A stretch of 64,000 bases of DNA from Chlamydiia bacterium (GCA_044359535.1 JBIKLZ010000002.1:42479-106478); one strand, 5' to 3'. Positions 48,536 to 59,199 are shown, numbered from the stretch's first letter. A program made the numbers and translations. The notes: generated from the sequence alone by a model not told the origin.

Positions 48536-49630
48536 CTAAAATGAGTGAGGAAGAAGGTTTGAAAAGACCTCTTCCCATTTTTCTAACATGTTTTTTTTGT
48601 AGTCCCTATACCAAAGAGCAAGGGCCCTTTTTTTTGATGCAAAGTCTGTTGTTTTTAAAAGGTGGGGGATTTGTTCATAGGAATCAAAAAAAACAAAAAA
48701 TGGAGCTAGATCCTCTCTATACCACTCACAATGATCGATTATTTCTTCAATAGAGAGATTATTTGAGACAAAGACAAACTGACTCCAATCTATAAAAGAG
48801 AAGCTTTTTTTGTATTGTTCTGCATAGAATTTTTTGGAAGGGATGAAATGGATGACCCCTTGAGCCAAATTTTCATATAAAAAGCAATTTCCCATTACAG
48901 AAGGAATATGAACCATAGCCTTAAAATCTTTAATATCAGAGGCGCCATTGTAGGGGCCGCAATAGTTTTTGATTTTTAGGTTATCTAAAATTTTCGATAA
49001 ACCTACTTTGGTTTCGTTGATGTACTCCCTGATAAAGAGAGTCTCTGGTTTATTCACTGTTTTTGGCACCTGTTTGTAAATGTCCCCGTGAAAGTCATTG
49101 ATTCCAATCGGTGTGATTGTTTTTTGTATAGCAAAGACCTTTCGATGAGTTTCAGCATAGTACTTTTCATAAGGGATGTAGCCAATAACCTCGACATTGG
49201 GCATATTTAACGTGGATGAAAACAATGCGTAATAGGGTTCATCTGGAAAAATTTTCTTTCCTGATCGATGACAATTGATATCAAATCGGTTGCATACCCA
49301 AATAAGCAAAGGCTTTTCCCATTGATTTTGCAAAAAAATTCTTGAAAGGGGGGCAATATCAGAGGTGATGATCAGATCATACTGATTGAATGTGTCCTTA
49401 TGAAGCTTAAAAATTTTTTTAGCTTTATCATGAGAAATAATATAGGGATCAATAGTTTTTTTTCCTGTGAGAAAAGAGGGGGGAAGTGTTGGGATGAGCC
49501 AAGTATCAAGATCGATATTAAAGTGGCGACAAATGGAAGAGATCTCTCCAGCACAACCTGCATGGTAAGTAATGTGAAGAGCCTTTGGGATAGAAAATAG
49601 AAGAAGGGGGAAAAGAAAAAATTTTATCAT
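48536..49630 (-). CDS. Hypothetical protein with signal-peptide-like N-terminus, possibly glycosyltransferase-like
   Basis: DLIITSD, VHIPS...LYENLAQG, FFDSYEQI suggest a GT-B-like C-terminal domain (inference). Confidence 0.45.
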   Translation of the reverse strand: MIKFFLFPLLLFSIPKALHITYHAGCAGEISSICRHFNIDLDTWLIPTLPPSFLTGKKTIDPYIISHDKAKKIFKLHKDTFNQYDLIITSDIAPLSRIFLQNQWEKPLLIWVCNRFDINCHRSGKKIFPDEPYYALFSSTLNMPNVEVIGYIPYEKYYAETHRKVFAIQKTITPIGINDFHGDIYKQVPKTVNKPETLFIREYINETKVGLSKILDNLKIKNYCGPYNGASDIKDFKAMVHIPSVMGNCFLYENLAQGVIHFIPSKKFYAEQYKKSFSFIDWSQFVFVSNNLSIEEIIDHCEWYREDLAPFFVFFDSYEQIPHLLKTTDFASKKRALALWYRDYKKNMLEKWEEVFSNLLPHSF

Positions 49631-49682
49631 AGGAAAAATGATAAAATAAAAAGGTATTTAAGGATAGATATTTAGGGAAATG

Positions 49683-49707
49683 TGCTCCGATAGTAGCTAC
49701 CGGAGCA
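49683..49707 (-). terminator. Hairpin after rpsJ, probable terminator
   Basis: Minus strand TGCTCCGGTAG-CTA-CTATCGGAGCA. Confidence 0.6.
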
Positions 49708-49715
49708 AAAGGCGA

Positions 49716-50039
49716 TTATACCGCTGATGTAATAGCGATATCTACACCGCTAGCTAAAGAATGTTTACGAAGTCTTTCTACAGTGTCTGCAGTAGGACTT
49801 TGAATATCAATCATTCTTTTGTGGGTACGCATTTCAAACTGATCACGAGATTTTTTATCAATGTGAGGCGATCTAAGAACGGTTTGCTTTTCAATCTTTG
49901 TGGGTAAAGGAATAGGACCAATAACCACAGCTCCAGATCTTCTAGCAATTTCAGCAATCTCTACCGCTGCACTGTCGACAATTTTATGATCATAGCCTTT
50001 AAGGCGAATTCGTATTCTTTGTTTTTTAGGCTGTGCCAT
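49716..50039 (-). CDS. rpsJ: 30S ribosomal protein S10
   Basis: [36 protein letters not shown]. Confidence 0.98.
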   Translation of the reverse strand: MAQPKKQRIRIRLKGYDHKIVDSAAVEIAEIARRSGAVVIGPIPLPTKIEKQTVLRSPHIDKKSRDQFEMRTHKRMIDIQSPTADTVERLRKHSLASGVDIAITSAV

Positions 50040-50053
50040 ATTTTAGTTGCTCC

Positions 50054-52141
50054 TTACTTCTTTGTAACTATTTTTTCTTGTATTACTTTTGGAACTTTTT
50101 CAAAGTGACTAGGCTCCATTGTAAACTCACCTCTACCTGATGTGATCGATCTAATATCTGTAGAATATCCAAACATCTGTGATAGGGGAACTTCAGCCTC
50201 AATTTCAGCAGAAGTACCGGTTTGAGTTTGATTTAAAATTTTTCCACGACGTCTGTTTAAATCCCCAATGAGATCTCCTAAAGAGCTTTCTGGGGATCGA
50301 GTGCACACTTTCATGATAGGCTCTAAAATATAAGGGTTGCACTTTCTTGCAGCCTCTTTAAGAGCCATTGAAGCACAAATTTTGAAGGCCATTTCACTGG
50401 AGTCTACCTCATGGTAAGAACCAAAGACAATACTTACTTTTGTATCAACAACAGGATAACCTGCTAAAACTCCAGTATTTAATGCCTCTTGAATCCCTTT
50501 AATACATGCAGGAATATACTCTTTTGGAATAGATCCTCCAACAATTTTGCTCACAATTTCGTTTCCTTTACCCACTTCATTAGGTTCAATTTCGATAACA
50601 ACGTGAGCGTACTGACCACGACCTCCAGATTGTTTAACATACTTATTCTCGTGTTTTGTACTATCAGTGATGGCTTCTCTATAAGAAACTTCTGGAGCCC
50701 CTACATTTGCCTCCACTTTAAATTCGCGGATCATACGATCTCTAAGAACATCAAGGTGAAGTTCCCCCATCCCTGCAATAATTGTCTGACCTGTCTCTTC
50801 ATCTGTAGTTACCTTAAATGTAGGGTCTTCTTCTGAAAGGGCAGTTAAAGCAATAGACAATTTCTCTCTATCAGGTTTTGATTTTGGTTCAATAGCCATA
50901 GAAATCACAGGTTCTGGGAAATTCATTTTTTCTAAGATTAAAACATTGTCTTCTATACAAAGGGTATCCCCTGTTGTAGAGTTTTTAAGTCCAATGACAG
51001 CAAAAATATCCCCTGTGTAGAACTCATCTCGATCAAATCGGTTGTTAGCATGCATTTCAAGGAGTCTTGAAACCCTTTCTTTTTTCCCTTTTGTGGAGTT
51101 GTAAAGGGCTGTCCCTTTCTTTAAGGTCCCTGAATAGATTCTAACAAAGGTTAAGCGGCCGACGTAAGGATCGGTCATCACTTTAAAGGCAAGCATTGCA
51201 AGCTTTTCATCATCTTTGGGTTGAACAGTAAACTCTTTTTCGCCCTCTTCATCAAAAGCTTTTATCGCCCCTCTATCTATTGGAGAAGGGAGCCATGCAA
51301 CCACTTTATCAAGAAGTTGTTGAATCCCTTTATTTTTAAATGCGGTTCCACATAACACAGGGAAGAGTTTATTAGCACAGACACTTTTTCTAATCGAGGC
51401 GTTGATCTCTTCTATGGTTAATGAATCTGGATCCTCTAAAACTTTTGTCATAAAAGTTTCATTTGAATCATCTAAAGTAGCAAGTTCTTCAAGAAGGGCA
51501 GATCTTAGCTCTTTGGCTTTTTCTAAAAGATCAGCGGGAATCTCAATAGTTTGGTAATCTTCACCAAGACCGTCTGTAAATAGGTAACCTTTCATGTTGA
51601 CAATATCAACCATTCCTTTGAATTCACCTTCTGAACCAATAGGAATGTGGATAGGCATTGCATTTGCCCCTAATTTGTCTTTCATTGTGTCAACACACAT
51701 CTCAAAATCTGCTCCGACTCTATCCATTTTATTGATGAATGCAATACGAGGAACGTTATAACGGGTAGCTTGTCTCCATACAGTTTCAGATTGAGGTTGA
51801 ACGCCATCTACAGCACTAAATACAGCAACAGCACCATCAAGAACTCTTAATGATCGCTCTACTTCGATAGTAAAGTCAACGTGGCCGGGGGTGTCGATAA
51901 TGTTAATCTTGTTTTGACCCCAGTAAATGGTTGTACATGCAGAAGTAATTGTGATTCCACGTTCTTGCTCTTGAACCATCCAGTCCATAGTCGCAGCCCC
52001 TTCGTGAACCTCACCGATTTTATGTTCTTTTCCAGAATAGTATAGAATACGCTCTGTTACAGTTGTTTTACCCGCATCAATGTGCGCCATAATTCCAATG
52101 TTTCTTACATTGTCTAAACGGTCTTTTTCACCTCTTGTCAT
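50054..52141 (-). CDS. fusA: Elongation factor G
   Basis: [39 protein letters not shown]. Confidence 0.99.
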   Translation of the reverse strand: MTRGEKDRLDNVRNIGIMAHIDAGKTTVTERILYYSGKEHKIGEVHEGAATMDWMVQEQERGITITSACTTIYWGQNKINIIDTPGHVDFTIEVERSLRVLDGAVAVFSAVDGVQPQSETVWRQATRYNVPRIAFINKMDRVGADFEMCVDTMKDKLGANAMPIHIPIGSEGEFKGMVDIVNMKGYLFTDGLGEDYQTIEIPADLLEKAKELRSALLEELATLDDSNETFMTKVLEDPDSLTIEEINASIRKSVCANKLFPVLCGTAFKNKGIQQLLDKVVAWLPSPIDRGAIKAFDEEGEKEFTVQPKDDEKLAMLAFKVMTDPYVGRLTFVRIYSGTLKKGTALYNSTKGKKERVSRLLEMHANNRFDRDEFYTGDIFAVIGLKNSTTGDTLCIEDNVLILEKMNFPEPVISMAIEPKSKPDREKLSIALTALSEEDPTFKVTTDEETGQTIIAGMGELHLDVLRDRMIREFKVEANVGAPEVSYREAITDSTKHENKYVKQSGGRGQYAHVVIEIEPNEVGKGNEIVSKIVGGSIPKEYIPACIKGIQEALNTGVLAGYPVVDTKVSIVFGSYHEVDSSEMAFKICASMALKEAARKCNPYILEPIMKVCTRSPESSLGDLIGDLNRRRGKILNQTQTGTSAEIEAEVPLSQMFGYSTDIRSITSGRGEFTMEPSHFEKVPKVIQEKIVTKK

Positions 52142-52273
52142 CCTTCCCCTCTTTCTTTTTCGCTATTCACTCAATATATTATGTGTTGAATAGACCTTTG
52201 TTTACAGCTATAGCGCCTTACAATCATTTCCTGTTCTAATGATGGATTGCCATCACGATCTACACAATTGTAG

Positions 52274-52311
52274 AAAAAAAATATCAGCTTACTTAAGGAA
52301 GCTGATATTTT
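52274..52311 (-). terminator. Intrinsic terminator-like hairpin between rpsG and fusA
   Basis: Minus strand AAAATATCAGCTT-CCTTAAGT-AAGCTGATATTTT running into a T8 tract. Confidence 0.7.
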
Positions 52312-52317
52312 GTTGTG

Positions 52318-52794
52318 TTACCACTTATAATGAGCAAAAGCTTTGTTTGCTTCAGCCATTCTGTGTACTTCGTCACGCTTTTTGACACTTGACCCTTGAC
52401 TGTTGTAACAATCTTGAAGTTCTTGAGCAAGACCATCAATCATCGATCTGCCAGCCTTAGCTTTTGCGTAACCAATGACCCACTTCATTGCCAAGGACAT
52501 TTTTCTCCCTGGATTGATTTCAATAGGCACTTGGTACGTTGCTCCTCCAATTCTTCTTGATTTTACTTCAACATGGGGGGTTGCATTTTCTAAAGCTTTC
52601 AAGAAAGCATCCAATTCGTTTCCTTGGGCATTGACTCTTTGACTAAATTTATCAATAGCATCGTATACGATCTTAGTGGCCAAAGACTTTTTGCCATGGA
52701 TCATGACTTTACGGATAAATTTTGTAACCTCAGTGTTGCCAAATTTGTGATCTGGTTCCACAGGGCGTTTTTCAGCTTTTCTTCTTCTTGACAT
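52318..52794 (-). CDS. rpsG: 30S ribosomal protein S7
   Basis: GKKSLA, VKSRRIGGATYQVP, HRMAEANKAFAHY. Confidence 0.99.
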   Translation of the reverse strand: MSRRRKAEKRPVEPDHKFGNTEVTKFIRKVMIHGKKSLATKIVYDAIDKFSQRVNAQGNELDAFLKALENATPHVEVKSRRIGGATYQVPIEINPGRKMSLAMKWVIGYAKAKAGRSMIDGLAQELQDCYNSQGSSVKKRDEVHRMAEANKAFAHYKW

Positions 52795-52827
52795 AGTTAA
52801 TCCTTATACCTACCTAATGGGTAGAAC

Positions 52828-53199
52828 TTATTTTCCTTTCTTTGCACCGTATTTTGATCGACCTTGCTTTCTGTCTTTTACAGCAGCACAGTCAAGAGTC
52901 CCTCTAATGATGTGGTATCTTACCCCTGGAAGATCAGGCACTCTGCCCCCTCTAATAAGAACCATGGAGTGTTCTTGGAGGTTGTGGCCTTCCCCAGGAA
53001 TATAAGCAGAAACCTCAATTCCATTAGAAAGCTTTACCCTTGCTACTTTTCGAAGCGCTGAGTTCGGCTTTTTTGGAGTCATTGTTTTTACCTGCACGCA
53101 AACCCCTCTTCTTTGAGGACATCTTTTTAACGCTTGGGATTTTGATTTTACTCTAGTTTTTACTCTAGGGTTTCTTATCAGTTGATTTAGTGTAGGCAT
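52828..53199 (-). CDS. rpsL: 30S ribosomal protein S12
   Basis: [30 protein letters not shown]. Confidence 0.99.
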   Translation of the reverse strand: MPTLNQLIRNPRVKTRVKSKSQALKRCPQRRGVCVQVKTMTPKKPNSALRKVARVKLSNGIEVSAYIPGEGHNLQEHSMVLIRGGRVPDLPGVRYHIIRGTLDCAAVKDRKQGRSKYGAKKGK

Positions 53200-53377
53200 A
53201 AAGGCCTATCTCCTTATTTATTTTCAAAAATTTACAAAGCAATATACCAAATGGGCGCTATTATTGCAAATTAAATAGTGAAAAAAGGGAAATTTTATTC
53301 ATTCAAAGGGGGAGAAGAAGAATATTGTCGTTTTTAAAAAAAAGTTTTGTTAGTGTCCGGCTTTATGGAGGGTAGGT

Positions 53378-55252
53378 GTGAAGAAGGGGTTTTGTTTTTT
53401 AGTTGTATGGGGAACAGTTTTTTGTAAACATCACGATTTTAATGAGGTAAAAGCAATCAATCAAAAATTGTTTTCTTATCATGTCCTTTTTGATGGGTAT
53501 AATGAGGTGCTCGCAGAAAGATCTGTATATAAAATTTTATCTACATTTGACCCTGTGGATCTTTATTTTTTAGAGGGGGAAAAAGGGAAGTACACCTCTT
53601 CACCAAAGGCTATGGTTCAAGAATACCATCAAGGGACGTTTAAAACATACTTATCCATTCAGGAAACGTTTGCCTCCTCAGTAAAAAGATGTAGGCGCCT
53701 TAGAGCTCTTGTCCGTTCAGAGATCCTTCATGATGGAAAGGGAAGTTATGAAGAGTTTATTTTTATCCCTCGGTCAGCCCCGCAAAATGAAGGGGAGCAA
53801 AAAAAGAATATTTCGACCTACTTGTTAACCCATCTAAAAGGGTATGCAGCAAGTCGAGGGGTAAAAACCCTGAATCAAAAGGATAAAGCGCGTGTTTTAG
53901 ACTACTATGAAAGAAAGATGGTGGCTCATGAAGAAAGATTTCTTTCAAAAGAAACCTACCCTTTGATTGTGTCAAAAATGATAGCCTCAAGTTTAGATGC
54001 CCATTCAATGGTTTATGGAGAAGAGGAGATATTGACCATTAATTCCCATTTAAAAAGTCGCTTTGAGGGGATCGGGATTTATGTTGGAGATGGGATTGAT
54101 GGCCCAGTAATCACAGGTTGTGTAAAAGGGGGGCCGGCAGAGCGCTCTTTAATGATTGAAAAGGGAGATAAAATTACCTATATCAATGGGGTCAATGTAC
54201 AGGATTTCCCTTTTGAAAAAGTGATGCACCTTCTTTCTGTCAAAGAGGGGGGCCATATTCTTTTAAGTGTTGAATCAAGCGATGGGACAGAAAAAAAAGT
54301 GAAGCTAACGGGAGAAAAGATCACAATGAAAAAGGATAAGATTGTGATTGAAACAGAAAGTTTTCTTGATGGACAGATTGCAAAACTATCGATAGATACC
54401 TTTTATAATGATTTTGAAGGCAATGAGATGGCTCTTGATTTAAAAAATGTGATCTTAGAGTTGAAAAAGGAAAAGCCATTGTATGGCGTCATTATTGATA
54501 TGCGAAAAAATTTAGGGGGCTTTTTTAAGGAGGCTGTAAAATCTATTGCCCTTTTTTCCCCTCAAAAAACTGTGGTTGTCGCAAAATTTAGAGATGAGCA
54601 AGTAAGGTATTCTACAGAGTTTAATCTAGAGGTTTCTTATACTGGCCCCATTGTTATTCTTACCTCAAAATACTCAGCCTCAGCAGCAGAAATCCTTGCC
54701 CAATCTCTTCAAGATGTGGGGATTGCTATTATTGCTGGGGATGAATCTTCCTTTGGAAAGGGAAGCATCCAGTTTCAAACCATTACCGATCCATACAGTG
54801 AGCATAAATATAAAGTGACAGTAGGGAAATACTACACTATTTCTGGGACGTCGACCCAACTTAAAGGGGTACATGCCGATATTTTGGTCCCTTCTATCTA
54901 TTCCAAAAGGAAAATTGGGGAAAAATACTTGACCTATGCCCTTCCTTCAGGGGATTTAAGCAAAGGGCTCAATCACCACCCTGATGTAAAAGAATTATTT
55001 GATTATCAATTGCGTCGAAAGAAAACGGCCTATGAGATCATGAAACCTACCCTTAAAAAAAACAGTGAAGTGCGTATTAAAAACAATAAAAACTACCAAG
55101 CATTTTTAAAAAGTTTAGAGGAAAAGCCTTTAAGCCAAGCGGCAAGTATGGAAGAAAAGAGAAAAGCCCAGTATGGGGTTAATGATCTTCAAATGGCTGA
55201 AGCAACTTACATTATTAAAGATATGCATGCTATTCTTAGAACATATCAATAA
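53378..55252 (+). CDS. tsp: Tail-specific protease (S41 family with PDZ domain)
   Basis: LDAHS, FEGIG, DMRKNLGG, SASAAEI, FGKGSIQ; divergent from rpsL as in Chlamydia. Confidence 0.88.
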   Translation: MKKGFCFLVVWGTVFCKHHDFNEVKAINQKLFSYHVLFDGYNEVLAERSVYKILSTFDPVDLYFLEGEKGKYTSSPKAMVQEYHQGTFKTYLSIQETFASSVKRCRRLRALVRSEILHDGKGSYEEFIFIPRSAPQNEGEQKKNISTYLLTHLKGYAASRGVKTLNQKDKARVLDYYERKMVAHEERFLSKETYPLIVSKMIASSLDAHSMVYGEEEILTINSHLKSRFEGIGIYVGDGIDGPVITGCVKGGPAERSLMIEKGDKITYINGVNVQDFPFEKVMHLLSVKEGGHILLSVESSDGTEKKVKLTGEKITMKKDKIVIETESFLDGQIAKLSIDTFYNDFEGNEMALDLKNVILELKKEKPLYGVIIDMRKNLGGFFKEAVKSIALFSPQKTVVVAKFRDEQVRYSTEFNLEVSYTGPIVILTSKYSASAAEILAQSLQDVGIAIIAGDESSFGKGSIQFQTITDPYSEHKYKVTVGKYYTISGTSTQLKGVHADILVPSIYSKRKIGEKYLTYALPSGDLSKGLNHHPDVKELFDYQLRRKKTAYEIMKPTLKKNSEVRIKNNKNYQAFLKSLEEKPLSQAASMEEKRKAQYGVNDLQMAEATYIIKDMHAILRTYQ

Positions 55253-55389
55253 AAAGTGCTCAGAAAAAGTTCAATTTTTTGTCAGAAAAAACCATTCTAA
55301 AATGGTTGTCATAAATTAGATCTTTTTGCTACACTCTTTTCTATCTTCTTTATAGAAGGGATGAAAGAGAAAAAAATCATTATTTCATC

Positions 55390-55462
<73 letters not shown>

Positions 55463-55484
55463 TTTTTTCACAACAGTGTTTTTT

Positions 55485-56330
55485 TTATAATTTTGAAAGG
55501 GGTAGATCGTTTGTGATCACAATATGCTCTGATTCTTGTTGAATGCTAAAGACAGTGTTTTCTGGATCAAAAGATTCATCTACAAACTTGTCAAGCAGGG
55601 CTTCATCCTGAGCTTTTTTAGATTCAGGAAGGGCCTCATAATCGGATCGAATATAGCAGTTGTCAAAGGCAAACATCCTTACCATCTCTTTAAATTTTTC
55701 CCGATTTTTTTCAACATAAGTGGTCTTGATAATAGAAGATGAAAAATCAATACCAAGAGAGTAAAGGGCTATTTTTAATACCCCACTATGGGCCCCTTTT
55801 GGATTGATTTTAACACATAAATCCTCATGAAATCGACCTTGTGGCGCTTCTAAAATAATGAGAGCTTGACCTTGAGGTTCTAAAATGCTTAATATTTTTA
55901 GGATAAATTTTGGCCAGTCTGCTTGAGGGGTGTAGTACATCATATGTGAGGATAAAAGATGGGTGTACTTTTTTGTGAATGTCACTTCTCTAAAATCTCC
56001 AAATACATACCTAAAATTAGAATGCCTTTGTATTTCTAAACGATAAAAAGATTCATATTCGGGGTTAATGTCTAAAGCAGTCACTGTAGAAAAACGATCC
56101 GCTAAAGAAGCACACATCAATCCAGGACCTGCTCCAATATCAATAAGATGACTGGAACCTTTATTAGGGGGATTAAGTTCAGTAAGAAGGCTAAGAGCTG
56201 TTTTAACTACATGATTATCAGGAGTTTTTAGATTCCTTATGATAGTTTCTTCAATGTCTTTATATTCGGCAACTGTGAAGTGACCTACCATTTGAGGTTT
56301 TGGGTTGTTTAATTCAATATTTTGGGTCAT
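55485..56330 (-). CDS. Class I SAM-dependent methyltransferase
   Basis: LIDIGAGPG, VTALDIN, SHMMYY, LEPQG. Confidence 0.85.
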   Translation of the reverse strand: MTQNIELNNPKPQMVGHFTVAEYKDIEETIIRNLKTPDNHVVKTALSLLTELNPPNKGSSHLIDIGAGPGLMCASLADRFSTVTALDINPEYESFYRLEIQRHSNFRYVFGDFREVTFTKKYTHLLSSHMMYYTPQADWPKFILKILSILEPQGQALIILEAPQGRFHEDLCVKINPKGAHSGVLKIALYSLGIDFSSSIIKTTYVEKNREKFKEMVRMFAFDNCYIRSDYEALPESKKAQDEALLDKFVDESFDPENTVFSIQQESEHIVITNDLPLSKL

Positions 56331-56336
56331 GCTTTA

Positions 56337-56366
56337 ATTATAAAGAGAATAAGTTAATTTTGTAAA
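56337..56366 (-). promoter_or_regulatory. Putative promoter, leaderless geometry
   Basis: TTTACA-18 nt-TATAAT-6 nt-ATG. Confidence 0.55.
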
Positions 56367-56384
56367 TAATAAAATTATACACAA

Positions 56385-57380
56385 TTAATATTGTTCGTAT
56401 GAGCCCTTGTGCTGTCTTTGTTTGTATGAATGGGTGATTATAACAACTGCCCCCACAATCATTAATAATGAACCAAAAATGGTGCTGGAGCTTACGATAG
56501 TTTCGGTATTGATCCAATTAAAAAGTTCTACAAAAATTGGCAAAAATAAAGCTATTGAGGCAATTAAGTAATTTTCTGCGTAGTTTAATGCTTCAATAAA
56601 GAAAAAGAGGGCAATAGCCCAAATAAATCCTGAAAAAAGCATTATGACTGTTGCCGAGAGGTTGGGAAGTTCAAAGCCGTTGAATAGACCCAATATTACA
56701 GTCCCAAGGGAAAAAAAAATAAAGTTAACTAAGGCGTTATAAAAGCAAAGCCTTAAGGCCGGATCCTTTTTAATAAGAAAACGGGTAAGAAAAATGATCA
56801 AAGCAACAAGAATCCCAGAGATCGTTCCAAAAATCCCCCCAATGAGGTCATGAAATGAGGAGATATCAAAACTATAGATATAGATAATGCCTACCATTCC
56901 AAATAAAACGCCGAACCACAAGGCTTTAGATGTTTTTACTCTGCAAAAAAATAAAATCACCACCATCCAAAAAATATCGGTACTGTACAAAATGGAATTG
57001 TCAACATGAGGTGTCCAAATTCTAGCAAGGGAGTAGCAAAGCATTAAGGGGATTTCAATTACCGCTCTTAAAACGACATAGAAGGGGCGCTTGCATATAA
57101 AATACCCTTTGTCCTCTTCAATAGAAAAAAGTGTATAGCTAAGGAGCATTACAAAATTAATAATACTAAATTGGAAAAAGATCGAATAAAAAGAGTGGGC
57201 TACATTATATTTAAAAGCATCTACTTGAAAAAAGATTGTATAGAGGGCGTAGAAAAGGTAGGCAGCTACCGTCATGATAATTCCAACATGTCGTTTGCTT
57301 CGATCAATCGTTGGAGCCTCATGATGGGCTTCTATTATTTTGTAAAACTCCTCTTTAAATCTCATTAATCCATTTCCCAT
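56385..57380 (-). CDS. DMT/EamA-family transporter
   Basis: About 10 hydrophobic segments in two repeats. Confidence 0.75.
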   Translation of the reverse strand: MGNGLMRFKEEFYKIIEAHHEAPTIDRSKRHVGIIMTVAAYLFYALYTIFFQVDAFKYNVAHSFYSIFFQFSIINFVMLLSYTLFSIEEDKGYFICKRPFYVVLRAVIEIPLMLCYSLARIWTPHVDNSILYSTDIFWMVVILFFCRVKTSKALWFGVLFGMVGIIYIYSFDISSFHDLIGGIFGTISGILVALIIFLTRFLIKKDPALRLCFYNALVNFIFFSLGTVILGLFNGFELPNLSATVIMLFSGFIWAIALFFFIEALNYAENYLIASIALFLPIFVELFNWINTETIVSSSTIFGSLLMIVGAVVIITHSYKQRQHKGSYEQY

Positions 57381-57386
57381 AACTTC

Positions 57387-57415
57387 ACAGTAAGGTTAGA
57401 GAGAAAATTTTTCAA
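57387..57415 (-). promoter_or_regulatory. Putative promoter, leaderless geometry
   Basis: TTGAAA-17 nt-TACTGT-6 nt-ATG. Confidence 0.55.
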
Positions 57416-57433
57416 TAGATTTAGTAAGTGCAC

Positions 57434-58006
57434 TTATTCACTGACTTCTTTTGATTTTTTTCTTTCAAGTAACGTGTAAAAAAGTAGCCAAGCAAGAATT
57501 AAGAGAGATAAAAATAGGGGGGTGGATAGATTAAGAAAAGAGGGAAGGGTTTTTTGGAAGAAAAAATCCTTCTTATTAAGGAGTGGAAGAAAGAAAAAAG
57601 AATATTTATTATAAAGGATGGATCCAAAAAGCATTCCTATGATGCCGTAAATAACCTCTTTAGAACCCTGAGCAAGGGCAACAATGCCTGTCCCTGGACA
57701 GTATCCTGAAAGACTCATTCCTATCCCAAAGATCGCTCCTCCGAGTGCACTTAAAATTAAAGGGGTGGTGGATAAAATCAGCTTTGGGATCCAACCAAAA
57801 AAATGAAGGGATGAAATGATTAGACTTGCTGTGACAATGGCTGTAAACATCACTTTCATGACTGTAAAATCTTTGAGTAAAAATTGTCCAACAATCACAT
57901 CAAATCGAAATACATCCCCTTTTCTCAATAAGAATCCAAAAATCATACCACTAATAAATGCAAGTAGGGTCACAGAGACAATGGGGTGAAATAGGGATGA
58001 AAGCAT
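57434..58006 (-). CDS. YeeE/YedE-family sulfur transporter subunit
   Basis: GGAIFGIGMSLSGYCPGT. Confidence 0.88.
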   Translation of the reverse strand: MLSSLFHPIVSVTLLAFISGMIFGFLLRKGDVFRFDVIVGQFLLKDFTVMKVMFTAIVTASLIISSLHFFGWIPKLILSTTPLILSALGGAIFGIGMSLSGYCPGTGIVALAQGSKEVIYGIIGMLFGSILYNKYSFFFLPLLNKKDFFFQKTLPSFLNLSTPLFLSLLILAWLLFYTLLERKKSKEVSE

Positions 58007-58539
58007 TACAGTCTCCTGTTTTTTGAATAAATAAGCATTGAAGTGGGGATAGCTACGCTAAAAAGAAAGATCATAAAAATCCAGCTTGTTAAAGAAAGTT
58101 GCCCTCCGCCACTTATGGCATGTCCCGATGTGCATCCATTGGCTATACGAGCGCCTACTGAAAGAAAAATTCCTCCAACAAAAGCGGTAAGATATCTTCC
58201 TATTTTAGACGTTCCAAAACGTCTAACCCAAAGGGTTTGTGTGCAATGCGGGTTTTCATCAGAATATTTTGAAGTAAGAAGGGCTCCAAAAAAAATTCCG
58301 ATTATAAAGAGTATTTTCCAATCAAAAAGAGGTTGCTCGTTGAGCAGTGTAAAGAAATAGGAGTTATGTGAAATAGGATCTTTGGATAGAAAGTATTGGA
58401 TGAGCGCAGCGCTCCTAGCAATCCCTGTAGAGACTCCAATAGTGTAGCCAAGGGTTAATAGAAAGGAAAGAAGGAGCCCTATCAGACTTCCTACAATATA
58501 TGGGGACCATCTCTTTTTTTGAAAATGGAGAATTGTCAT
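58006..58539 (-). CDS. YeeE/YedE-family sulfur transporter subunit
   Basis: GGIFLSVGARIANGCTSGH. Confidence 0.88.
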   Translation of the reverse strand: MTILHFQKKRWSPYIVGSLIGLLLSFLLTLGYTIGVSTGIARSAALIQYFLSKDPISHNSYFFTLLNEQPLFDWKILFIIGIFFGALLTSKYSDENPHCTQTLWVRRFGTSKIGRYLTAFVGGIFLSVGARIANGCTSGHAISGGGQLSLTSWIFMIFLFSVAIPTSMLIYSKNRRL

Positions 58540-58599
58540 AAGTTTGAGTATAAAGGGGGTGGCATTTAAAAATCCATCAGTTTTATAGTTGACGCAACT

Positions 58600-59070
58600 T
58601 TAATAGAATTGAGTTGTAACAATTTTTGCAATCAGTCCTAAAATAAGAGCATTGTTTGATCCAAGGATTGTGACAGAGTTATGGGCTAACCATCCACTTG
58701 CACACGCTAATAAGGGTACAAATACCAAATGAACAGGGATCTTAATAGGAGAGACACACTTAAAAAAAAGGATCATGAGAGTTTCTATAGCGTGTACACT
58801 GTATTGCTCAAATGAATCATTGCTTATAGTACTTATACCGGCGGATAATCCACAAAGTAAAGGGAGGAAACATATTGCATACTCCCTATTTCTTGGAGTA
58901 TTTATGGGGATTTTTTTTGCAATAATTCGACCTAAAGAAGCACCTATTAAAAATCCAGCAGCGCCCTTTTGCTTTGTTCCGATCGCACTCATCGGGTTGA
59001 TAGAAAACGCAAGTGCATTAAGGAGGGTGGAACAGGTTTGTCGATCAAAAAAGGCTGAGCAAGTATTCAT
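58600..59070 (-). CDS. Small hydrophobic membrane protein, paralog of next gene
   Basis: MNTC..FD..TC N-terminus, AGFLIG, ET.MxLFxK. Confidence 0.55.
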   Translation of the reverse strand: MNTCSAFFDRQTCSTLLNALAFSINPMSAIGTKQKGAAGFLIGASLGRIIAKKIPINTPRNREYAICFLPLLCGLSAGISTISNDSFEQYSVHAIETLMILFFKCVSPIKIPVHLVFVPLLACASGWLAHNSVTILGSNNALILGLIAKIVTTQFY

Positions 59071-59199
59071 AAAGTGTTTCTCATTAGATTAAAAAGTCAA
59101 TAGTATAAACAAGTTAGAGTTTATGTCAAGGAATGAATAAGGATAAAAAGACACTTATGCACTTTGACGATCGACCCAAGATCCCTTTCTTTTCTCTTT

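Noticed and set aside
49716-53199. Absence of tuf from the str operon and rpsJ detached from the S10 operon
   Set aside because: This is the normal chlamydial arrangement
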